A stretch of DNA of 64,000 nt, from assembly GCA_963803435.1 (NCBI GenBank), contig CAWDML010000001.1:3072001-3136000 (forward strand), read 5' to 3'. The DNA comes from an uncultured delta proteobacterium (GTDB lineage: Bacteria; Myxococcota; Kuafuiibacteriia; Kuafuiibacteriales; Kuafuiibacteriaceae). The notes below the pieces were generated by a model. That model saw nothing but the letters and a program-made list of their open reading frames with translations. It was not told the origin of the DNA and did not search any database. Each line of letters starts with the position of its first letter. Positions within the stretch are counted from its first letter, which is position 1. A program made the translations under genes and the position numbers. This document shows positions 21,710 to 31,837 of this stretch, piece by piece.

Positions 21710-22519
21710 TTGACGAAGAACGAGGCCTTCCGCGAGGCGGTCTATCGCGAGTACATGGACTTCTTCGCACGCGCGGAGAAGAACCGCCGCTGGAACGTCT
21801 TCGAAGACGTGCCGTGGGACGAGCTCAACGAGGGCGCGTACGACGAGCGGGCGGCCCTCTGCACCGAGACCTTCGTCGGCGTCGAGTCGTATCTCCCCGA
21901 CTACGTCTCGGCCGGCATGAACGTCGTGCGGGACATGTTCGGCCAGGCCTGGTTCAGCGCCAACTGGGGCTACGAGGAGTCGAAGCACGCGTTCGCGCTC
22001 CGAGAGTACCTGGTGCGGTCGGGCCAGCGCACGGCCGCCCAGATGTTCGAGTACGAGAAGGAGATCCTGGCGAAGCAGTGGGTGCTCCCCTTCGAGACCG
22101 CCCGCCAGATGACCTTCTACGGCACCGTCCAGGAGCTGGCCACGTTCATGATGTACAAGCACCAGCGCAAGCTCGCCGCCGATCGCGGCGACCTGGTGCT
22201 CGAGACCATCTACGGGTTCATCGCGCGGGACGAGGCCGCCCACGCCGACTTCTACCGGAAGGTGGTCCTGCTCGAGCTCGAAGAAGATCGCGAGGGCACG
22301 ATCAAGGACATGGCGATCGTCTTCTCCGGCTTCCAGATGCCCGGCAAGGATCTGGTGCCCGACTACGCCGCCCGCACCGAGGTGATGCGCGAGACCGGCG
22401 GCGTCGATCGCGCCGCGTTCCTCAAAGAGGTCTGGTTCCCGACGCTCAAGCGGTTGGGCGTCTCCCGTCAGGAAGTGGTCAAGGCGAGCCTGGAGCTGCG
22501 CCGAGCCCGAGCCGCCTGA
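21710..22519 (+). CDS. Soluble diiron acyl-ACP desaturase (ferritin-like, DesA/plant type)
   Basis: VESYLPDY, W..EESKH, QE.AT and IARDEAAH..FY diiron ligand pattern, followed by F.MPG. Confidence 0.85.
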   Translation: MTKNEAFREAVYREYMDFFARAEKNRRWNVFEDVPWDELNEGAYDERAALCTETFVGVESYLPDYVSAGMNVVRDMFGQAWFSANWGYEESKHAFALREYLVRSGQRTAAQMFEYEKEILAKQWVLPFETARQMTFYGTVQELATFMMYKHQRKLAADRGDLVLETIYGFIARDEAAHADFYRKVVLLELEEDREGTIKDMAIVFSGFQMPGKDLVPDYAARTEVMRETGGVDRAAFLKEVWFPTLKRLGVSRQEVVKASLELRRARAA

Positions 22520-22541
22520 ACAGCCGCGGGGGCGGCACGCG

Positions 22542-25500
22542 ATGAAGAAGCACGAAGAGTCCCGCCAGCCGATCGCCATCGTGGGCATCGGGTCGCGATT
22601 CCCTCAGGCCGAGGACGCCCGGCGCTTCTGGGACAACATCGAGGCGGGCGCCACCGCCTTCACCGAGATCCCCGAGGATCGCTGGGACCACGCGCTGCTC
22701 TACTCGGCGAACAGCCGCGACGTCGACAAGGCGTGGACGCGGGCGGGTTCGTTCATCGAGAGCTGGAAGGACTTCGCCGCTCTCCACTACGGGATCGCGC
22801 CCCGCCGTCTCGAGGTCATGGATCCGCAGCAGCGGCTCTTGATCGAGGCCACCCGCTGGGCGATCCAGGACGCCGGCTACGAGACCCGCGCCTTTGCCCG
22901 CAAGCGGGCCGGATCGTTCTTTGGCGTCTCCGTCTCCGAGTTCAAGAACGTGGCCGGGGCGCGGATCAGCGCCATGCAGATGGCCGCAGGGGCGTTCGGC
23001 GCGGCCGCCGGCACCCAGGAGCTCCGCGATGCGCTGATGGAGATGGTCCGGCGGGTGGCGCCGATGCGCGCCTTCACGCTGCCGGGATCGCTGCTCAACA
23101 TGAACGCGGCCTCGGTGGCGCAGACCTTCGATCTGGCCGGGCCCGCGTACTCGATCGACGCGGCCTGCGCCTCGTCTTCGGTGGCGATCCACGACGCCAT
23201 CACGATGCTCCGCGCCGGCCTGATCGACGTCGGCATCGCGGGCGGCGTCTACCTCAACCTCTCGCCGGACAACCTGATCGCGTTCACCAAGATCGGCGCG
23301 ATCAGCCCGACCGGCGCCTGCCGCCCCTTCGACGCCCGCGCGGACGGGTTCGTGCAATCCGACGCCGTCGCGGTGCTCTTCCTCAAGCGCCTCGAGGACG
23401 CGCTCGCGGACGACGACCGCATCCACGCGGTGATCCTCGGCAGCGGCTGCAACAACGACGGCCGCGGCGAGGGGCCGATGACGCCGCGGGTCGAGGGACA
23501 GCTCGACGCGCTGCACCTGGCCTACGCGGACGCAGGCGTCTCTCCCGCCTCGATCGCGTACTTCGAGGCCCACGGGACGGCCACCTCGATCGGCGATCCG
23601 GCCGAGGTGACGGCGCTGGGGACGCTGCTCGCGGAGGCGGGCGTGCGCGCCGACGCGCCGGCCGGGATCGGATCGGTGAAGGGCAACATCGGTCACGCGA
23701 TGTCGGCGGCGGGCGTGGCCGGGCTGGTGAAGGCGGTCAAGATGATCGAGCGGCGGACCGTCCCGCCGCAGGCCGGCTTCGAGCGGCCCCACCCGAACCT
23801 GGGCCTCGAGGCCCACCCGCTCTTCATCGCCAAGACGCCGATGCCGCTCGAGGCCCGAGAAGGCGGACCGCTCCGGGTGGCGGTCAGCTCGTTCGGCTTC
23901 GGCGGTACCAACTCGCACTTGATCCTCGAGGAGCCTCCGCGGCGCGCCCGCGCCGAGCCGATCGATCGGCCGATCGAGCTCGAGCTGGACGCGCCGAGCG
24001 CGCCGCCCGAGGCGGTCCTCGTCACCGCGCCCACGACGCCGCTCCTCGTCGCCCATCTGGCGGCGCTGGCCCGCACCGTCGAAGCGCACGGCGATCGGAT
24101 CTCGCTGGCGGACCTGGCGTACACGCTCAACGTGCGCCGGACCCGCGAGCGCATCCGCGCCGTGATCGGAGCCCGCACCGCGCGGGAGCTCCTCGAGAAC
24201 CTCCAGCGCGCCGCCACCGCGCTCACGGGCGATCCGGCGCTGCCGGTCGCGATCTCCAAGGACGTCCAGATCTTCGACTCGGGCCAGCCGGGCACCCCGC
24301 CGCCGCGCATCTGCCTGCTCTATCCGGGACAGGGCGCGCAGAAGGTCGGGCTGCTGTCGGACTGGCGCGAGCGCTTCTCCGTCTTCGCCGAGGCCTTCGA
24401 GTCCCTCTCCGCCGCCGCCGGTGATCTCCTCCCGCGCTCGCTCACCGACTACCTGTATCCCGTGAAGGCCGACGCCGCCGCCGAGAAGACGCTCGAGGCC
24501 ACCGAGGTCTGCCAGCCGGTGATGTGCGCGCTGGGGCTGGCGGCCAAGGCGTTGCTCGACGCGTGCGGCGTCGAGCCGGCTGTCTCGCTGGGTCACAGCC
24601 TGGGCGAGTTCGCAGCGATGGCCTCGGGCGGGGCGCTCGATCCCCACCGCGCCGTCGAGCTGGTCGCCCGGCGCGGCCGGATGATGCGCGATCTGGGCCT
24701 CGAGGATCCGGGCGCGATGGCTGCGGTCATGGCCGATGCCGCCACCGTGAAGAAGGCGATCTCGGGGATCGAGAAGGTGGTGCTCGCGAACTTCAACCAT
24801 CCGCGTCAGGTCGCGATCAGCGGGACCACCGAGGCGGTCAACCTGGCCTGCAAGAAGCTCGAGGCGCAGAGGATCGAGGTGCGGCGGCTGCCCGTCTCGC
24901 ACGCGTTCCACTCGCCGTTGCTCGAGGGGATGAGGTCCCAGGTCGAGGACATGATCTCGGATCTCGAGGTCGCCTCGCCGACGCACCCGATCGCGTCGTG
25001 CATCGCGGAGCGCGCGCACGAGACCGCCGCGTCGATCCGTCCGACCATGATCGCGCACGCGACCGCGCCGGTGCAGTTCGCCCGCGGCCTCGAACAGGCC
25101 CGCGCCGCCGGGGCGCGCGTGTTCGTCCAGGTCGGGGCCGGTGGGATGCTGACCTCGTTCGCGCGGGCCACGCTGGGCACGGACGCGCTCGGCGTGACGC
25201 TGGCGGGTCTCGAGCCCGACGGCGGCTACGAGCTGTTGCGCGGCCTCTGCACGCTCGCTGCCCTCGGGCACGCCGTCGACCTCTCGGCGGCCTACCGCGG
25301 CGAGCAGCGGCGGGTGGTCGAGCTGCCCGAGACCCCGCTCCCGCGGGAGCCGTACTGGATCGTGAAGACCCAGCCGCAGCCGAAGCCGGAGCTCCTGGGG
25401 CCGTTCCCCGAGGGTGACCGCGTCGAGCTGTCGACGGCGGAGAAGCAGGCGGACACCGGCCTGGTCGACCTCTTCCGCCGGCAGGCCGAGGTCCTGGAGC

Positions 25501-28500
25501 GACACGCGGAGATCATCGCGGCGCAGAACCGCGTGCTCCTCGGCGAGGCCGCGGTCGACGGAGGCCAGGCGGCGGTCACCGCGATCGAGCAGCAGGTGCG
25601 GGAGACGCTGGCCGAGCCCACGCCAGTTCCGATCCCGAGCGCCGTTCCCTCTCCGGCGCCGAGCGCGGTCCCCGTGCCGAGCGCGGTCGCAGCGCCGGCG
25701 GCGACCGGGTCCGACGATCTGCGCGAGCGGGTCTTCGAGATCGTGGCGCGCATCAGCGCGTTCCCGCGTCCGAGCATCCGGGCCGACCAGCGCCTGGTGG
25801 GCGAGCTGGGCTTCGACTCGCTGATGATCACCGACCTGGGTGATGCGCTCACCAGGTCGTTTCCCGATCGCGCGACGCTACCGGCCTCGATTTCTTCAGC
25901 GTCGACACCACGGTCGAGGACATTGCCGAGGCGCTGGCCCGCGGCCCCGCAGCGCCCGCGGCCGAGCCCGAGCCGGAGGAGGAGCCCAACGCCGCGGCGC
26001 CGGCCCCGGCTACGCGCTACCGTCCGGTCCCCCGCGCGCAAGACCGAGTGGCGCTCTCGCCTCACGATCCCCTCCGGTGAGACCTGGCTGGTCACCGAGG
26101 ACGACTCCGAGCTGGGCCGCCTGCTGGCCGCCGAGCTGGAGAAGCGCGGCGCCAAGGTCGCGCGGGTCCGCTTCCTCCAGAACGGCGCCGCCGCCCCGGC
26201 CAAGCTCGGCTTCACGGCGCTCAACGTGTGGCCGGAGTCCTTTGCGGAGGGGCTTGCGGGCGCCCTCGAGAAGTCCGGCATCAACGTCGACGGTCTGATC
26301 CACGGCGCCGGGCTCGGCGTGTCGAACGCCTCCGACTTCGTGAACCCGATTGCGGTGCTCCACCCGCTGATTGCCAAGCTGACCGTACCCCGCATCGCGG
26401 TGCTCACGGCCCTCGGAGCCAAGCTCGGCCTCGAGCAGACGCCGGAGCTCTCCAAGAACATCCTCCAGGGCGCGCTGACCGGGTACACCAAGGCCCTCGC
26501 CCGCGAGCGGACCGGATCGATTGTACGGGCCTTCGACCTCGATCCGAACCGCCCCGCCGCCGCCAACGCCGAGGCCGTGATCGACGAGCTCCTCTCCGGC
26601 GAATCTCACCGCCGAGGTCGGGCTCGGCGCCGCCCGCGTGGTCGCCGAGCTGGTGCCGGACGACTCGCGGGGAGCGCTGCGGGAGATCCGTCCCGACGAC
26701 GTCGTCGTGATCACCGGTGGCGCCGGCGAGATCGGCAGCCGGCTGGCGCGACACCTGGCGGCCAAGCATCCCAAGGCGCTGCTGCTGGTGGGCCGTAGCC
26801 GCGAGAATCCGGAGATCCGCGCGCTTCTCGGCGAGCTCGACCAACACACGCGTGCCTTCTACGCGAGCGCCGACGTGACGGATGCTGGAAGCCTGATCAC
26901 GGCCACCAAGCCGCTGATCGATCGCGTGGGTCCGGCGACGATTGCGATCCACGCCGCCGGTTCCATCGAGGACGCGCCGGCCTCGAAGAAGACGCTCGAG
27001 AGCGTTCACCGGGTGATGAACGTGAAGGTGCGTGGGCTGCAAGCTGTCCTGCGCACGTTCCCAAAGCTCAAGGACCTGGTCCTGTTCACCTCCTGGGCGG
27101 GCCGCTTTGGCAACGCGGGTCAGGTCGACTATTCGGCCGCCAACGGGCTCCTCGATCAGGTCGCGGTGGCCGGCATCGGCACCACGCGCGTGGTCGCGAT
27201 CGCGTGGCCGCCGTGGTCCTCGACCGCGATGGTGGCGACGATCCCCGATCCGGTGAAGAAGGCGATGCGCGCCGAGGGCGTCACGTTCCTCGGCGACGAA
27301 GAGGGGTTGGCCCTCTTCGACGAGGTCTTCGAGCACGGCCTCTACGGCATCCAGGTGGTGGGCCGCCAGCTCCCGTCATGGGAGACGCGGGCGCAGCACG
27401 AGGAGCTCTTCGACGAGAACGCCCATCCCTATCTCGCGGATCACCGCCTGAAGGGCCGCATGGTGGTTCCGCTCGCTTCGGCCGCGGATTTGATCGCGTG
27501 GACGTTCGCCGAGACCGCCACCTCCAGCGGCGCGCTGGTGCTCGAGAATCTCCAGCTCGGACGCGGACTCTTCGCCGGCGACCGCGCCGTGGTCGGCCTC
27601 GCCGGCAAGCACACGACCGATCGCGACGGCGCCCGCGTCCAGATCCGGACCAGCGCCGGCGTCGCGTACCGCGCCGAGCTCCGCACCTTGCGCGGCGTCG
27701 AGCTCGCAGGCTTCACGCTCGAGGGGGGGAGCTCGGCGGCGACGCTCTCGCTCGACCGCTTCTACTCCGATCACACCTTCCACGGTCCGCGGCTCCGCGG
27801 GATCGAGAAGGTCCGGCGCGTGACCTCCGAGGGGATCGAGGGCGTCGTGCGCCGCGCGGCGATCCGCGAGTGGATGCCGAAGAGCGGGCGCGACGGCTGG
27901 ACGATCGATCCCTTGGTGCTCGACGGCAGCTTCCAGCTGGCCGCCTACTGGCTCGCGATCCACCACGGCCGCGTCGGCTTCCCGCTCGGCTTCGATCGCC
28001 TGACCTTGCTCCGACCGTTCGGCGACAAGCCCATCCTCTGCCGCCTGCACGTCCGCGACGTCGGCCCCGAGACGTTCGCCGGCGACATCTACTACACCGA
28101 CGATCTCGGCACCGCCTACGCCCTCCTGGAGAACGTGCGCGGCCGCTTCGCCGAGGTCCGCGCCCCGGCCTCGGAGCCGCTCGACGTTCCCAAGGAGAGC
28201 TGGGACATCGCCTCCTTCCCCGAGATCGAACAGCTCGATCAGCGCTTCCAGATGGCCGAGCTGATCGGGCTGCGCAACCCGTACTTCCACGTCCACTCCG
28301 GCACCGCGAAGAACGTGAGCGTGGTCGACGGCGTGGAGATGGTGAACTTCTCCAGCTACAACTATCTCGGCTACTCCGGACACCCGGAGGTGGTGGCGTC
28401 GGCGCAGCAGGCGATCGCGCGCTATGGAACGTCCGTCTCGGCCAGCCGCGTCGCCTCGGGCGAGCGCCCGATCCACCGCGAGCTCGAGCTCGGGATCGCG

Positions 28501-29433
28501 AACCACGTCGGCGTCGACGACTCCATCGTCTACGTCAGCGGGCACGCCACCAACGTCACGACGATCGGCCATCTCTTCGACAAGAGCGACCTCATCCTGC
28601 ACGACACGCTGATCCACGACAGCATCATGCAGGGCATCTATCTATCGGGCGCCACCCGGCGGCCGTTCCCGCACGGTGATCTCGACGCGCTCGAGGATCT
28701 GCTCGCGCAGATCCGAAAGAGCTACCGCCGCGTGCTCATCTGCGCCGAAGGCATCTACTCGATGGACGGCGACATCTGCGAGCTGCCGCGCCTGATCGAG
28801 ATCAAGAAGCGCTATCAGACGCTGCTGCTCGTCGACGAGGCCCACTCGATCGGCGTGCTCGGCCCCAGCGGCCGGGGCGTCGGCCATCACTTCCCAGGGC
28901 TCGATCCCCGGGACGTCGACCTCTGGATGGGCACGCTCTCGAAGTCGTTCGCCAGCTGCGGCGGGTACATCGCCGGCAGCCAGCCGCTGATCCGGTACCT
29001 CAAGTACACCGCACCGGGCTTCGTGTACTCGGCCGGCATCACGCCGCCCAACGCGGCGGCTGCGCTCAAGGCCCTGGAGCTGATGCACCGCGAGCCCGAG
29101 AACGTCGAGCGGCTTCGCTCGCGCTCCCGCTTCTTCCTCGAGGGTGCCCGCCGGCGCGGCATCGACACCGGCCTGGCGATGGGCGCTGCGGTGGTCCCCG
29201 CCATCGTGGGGAACTCGATGGACTGCATGCGCCTCTCGGAGGCCCTGGCCGTCCGCCGGATCAACGTGCAGCCGATCGTGTATCCGGCCGTCGAGGACGA
29301 CGCCGCCCGGCTCCGCTTCTTCATCAGCTCGACGCACACGGAGGAGCAGCTCACGCACACCCTCGACGTGCTGCGGGACGAGCTGGCGAAGATCAGGAGC
29401 GCAGGGTCGGAGGCCTCGGTTCACTCGTCGTAG
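22542..29433 (+). CDS. Type I PKS KS-AT-ACP-KR-DH fused to a C-terminal PLP alpha-oxoamine synthase (frameshifted in this sequence)
   Basis: KS: DAACASS, EAHGTAT, GHAMSAAG. AT: GHSLGE, HAFHS. ACP: LGFDSL. KR: TGGAGEIG, YSAAN. DH: HRLKGRMVVP, LDGSFQ. AOS: NFSSYNYLG, SGHATN, EGIYSMDGD, DEAHS, GTLSK. ORFs 22542-26798 and 26638-29433 join at a one-base indel near 26602, and a compensated shift lies at about 25885-26070. Confidence 0.88.
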
Positions 29434-30137
29434 CCGAAGCGCGTCCGATCTAGGTGCAGGTACAGGACGGTCGCGGCCACCACCAGGTACAGATCCAGCA
29501 CCTGGCCCAGCGCGGAGAGCGCGACGCCGAGCGCCGGCCAGGGCGCCAGGTCACCGAGGAACGAGAGCCCGAGATCGCCGAGCCCGAACAGCACCGCATA
29601 GCCGGCGACGCGCCAGAAGCGACCCTCGATCACGGCCTTGCTGTGCTTGAGCGCGTGGAAGCCGGTCTCCTCGCGGAGCGCGGGGACCTGCAGATAGAAG
29701 AGCATGTACACCAGCCCCGCCACCGCAGGGAGCACCAGGATCACGGCCAGACCGAGCAGCACCATGTTCATCGCCACGGTGGTGGCGACCGAGGAGAAGT
29801 AGCGCCGGCGCGCCTGCCTCCAGACGTCCGCGAGCGCTGTCGAGCCGCCGTCCATCGCGTTGGCGGTGAGCCGGATGACGATCAGCGCGGCGATGATCCC
29901 GAAGAGCAGATCGAAGATGCCCTCGACCTCCATCACCTCGAACTGGGACTGGAAGCCGCCGGTGCTCGCGGGCGCGATCCAGGCCATGAACGCCTCGATC
30001 GGGAGATAGATCGCGAGCCCGACCATCGCGATCGGTCCGAAATGCTTGCCGTAGATCCGGGCGCTGGTGCCGAGCACGTCCCGGAGCCCGAAATCTTCGC
30101 GCCGGATGTCGTGACTCGAACCACCCCGGGCCTCCAT
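29421..30137 (-). CDS. Integral membrane protein, uncharacterised
   Basis: About six hydrophobic segments and an 'AL..S..VI.GRFWR' pattern. Likely start MEARGG at 30137. Confidence 0.7.
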   Translation of the reverse strand: MEARGGSSHDIRREDFGLRDVLGTSARIYGKHFGPIAMVGLAIYLPIEAFMAWIAPASTGGFQSQFEVMEVEGIFDLLFGIIAALIVIRLTANAMDGGSTALADVWRQARRRYFSSVATTVAMNMVLLGLAVILVLPAVAGLVYMLFYLQVPALREETGFHALKHSKAVIEGRFWRVAGYAVLFGLGDLGLSFLGDLAPWPALGVALSALGQVLDLYLVVAATVLYLHLDRTRFGYDE

Positions 30138-30390
30138 TGTGCCTCTATACCCCGGCGTTAGTGGAGTGACACGTGCCCAGGCACCGGCCTTGCACAGGGC
30201 TGGCGGCGCAATGGATCCGGACACTGATCCGATTTGACGACGGCGCGGTCGCCACGATCCGAACGGCACAGCCCGATCGAGCTCGGGTGTGGATCGGGTC
30301 GAGGTCGATCCGATGTTCCGCGTCTCGTGACCGTGATTTCGCGGCCGCTCGACCTGAGAAACCCGTGGCGCCCCCCGCGCGGTCGGAGGT

Positions 30391-31823
30391 ATGGTGCCCC
30401 GTTCGATGGTCGACGCGTCTCACCTCGAGTCCCTGGTCTCGCGGATTCGATGCGCTCCGGGGCCGGTTCGGTCGCGTCGCCTCCGATCTCGAGGCCATCT
30501 GCGGGCGGGCCCGCTCGAGCGACTTCCGCGGCGTGCTCCAGAACGCGCGCGTGGTCGTCGAGAGCCTCCTCCGGTCGATCCTCCACAAGGAGAAGAAGGA
30601 GACCCCGGGCAAGGACACGCTCGAGAAGCTGATCCCCAAGCTCTTTCAGGAGGGACAGTCGAGCATCCTCCCGGTCGCGATCGTGGTGCACGTGCGGACG
30701 ATCCAGGCCTGGGGCAACGTAGGCGCCCACGACCAGCACGCCGATCTCTTCGAGAAGGGGCTCGAGGTCGGCGAGGATGAGGCGCTGGCGGCGCTCAACT
30801 CCCTGGTGGCGATCCTCGACTGGTACCAGGAGAAGTATCTGACCGACGGCGCCACCGTCTCCTCGCCCATCCCGCCGGCGAAGAGCGCGCCGACCGCGCC
30901 GACCGCGCCGACCGCACCGGCAGCGCGGCCGGCACCCGCGGCGGGGCCGCGATCCAAGACCCCGCTGGTGGCGGGCCTGGGCGGCGTGGTGGCGGCCCTG
31001 GCGATCGGCGCAGTGTTCTACGCCCGGCGAACGCCGGCCTCCGATACGGCCACCGCCGAGGCGAACGCAGCCGACCTGGTGGAGCGCCGCGCGGCCCTGA
31101 ATCGCGCCTACATGCAGGCACACGAGTATCCGCCGCCCCAGTCGTGCGAGACGAACGATCCCGAGGCGCTGTCCGTGTTCGTGCAGGTGACGGATCTCCT
31201 CGAGGAGGGCAAGCCGGGCGGTCACCGCGCGGAGGACCAGAAGGCGCTGGCGGCGCTGGCGCGCGTCGAGTCGAAGCTCGGCAAGAGCGCGGAGTACTGG
31301 CAGCTGAAGGCCCGCGCGCTGCACTTCGATGGTGCCCCGGATGCCAGCGTGCGCGAGGCCGCCGATTCGATCCATCGAGCTCTGCAAGGCCTTCGCGCCG
31401 CCGTACAACCTCCACGGGACGCTCGGGCTGCTGGCCGACGAGGTCGGCTTCGCCAAGCTCTCCTACCAAAAGGCGGTCGAGCTGGCCCCCGACTATCTGT
31501 CGCCGGTGTTCAACCTGGGGCTCGTCAATCTGAAGAGCGAGAACATCGACGAAGCGATCTCCGCGTTCAGCACCGTGCTCAAGAAGGATCCCGAGTACAC
31601 GGTCGCGTACAAGACGCGCGCGCAGGCTTACCTGGCCAAGGGATCGCTGGAGGCCGCCGCCGGCGATCTGGTGGAGCTGACGCGTCGCGTCCCCGAGGAC
31701 GCTCAGGCGTTCGCGCTGCTCGGGAACGTGCGGGCCAAGCTGGGGCAGAAGGAGGCGGCGCGAACGGCCTTCTGCAAGGCGAAGGCGCTGGGCTTGGAGT
31801 CGGCTGCGAAAATGTGTGAGTAA
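30391..31823 (+). CDS. DUF4145(HEPN-like)-linker-TM-TPR protein (frameshifted near 30446 and 31370)
   Basis: N-terminal helical domain AR..VE.LL...TLEKLI...RTIQAWGNVGAH, Pro/Ala linker, TM helix, then TPR repeats (YQKAVELAPDY, FNLG, A..TRAQAY) in ORF 31329-31823. Confidence 0.7.
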
Positions 31824-31837
31824 TTGGCCGCTCGCGC

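Noticed and set aside
18766-22519. JamABC-type terminal alkyne or polyyne cassette
   Set aside because: The desaturase is a soluble ferritin-like ExxH enzyme, not a His-box membrane desaturase/acetylenase.
26590-26640. Programmed ribosomal frameshift in the PKS
   Set aside because: No slippery heptamer is evident, and similar indels occur throughout the window, which favours sequencing error.
22542-29433. Enediyne or PUFA synthase cluster
   Set aside because: There is no thioesterase or other enediyne cassette gene, no PfaBC/PfaD, and only one ACP. The C-terminus is an AOS rather than a PPTase.
28200-29433. Housekeeping bioF (biotin synthesis)
   Set aside because: It is fused in frame to the PKS DH domain, and no other bio genes are nearby.
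30887-30920. GCGCCGACC tandem repeat as a regulatory repeat or CRISPR
   Set aside because: It encodes the Ala-Pro-Thr linker of a membrane protein and has no spacers.
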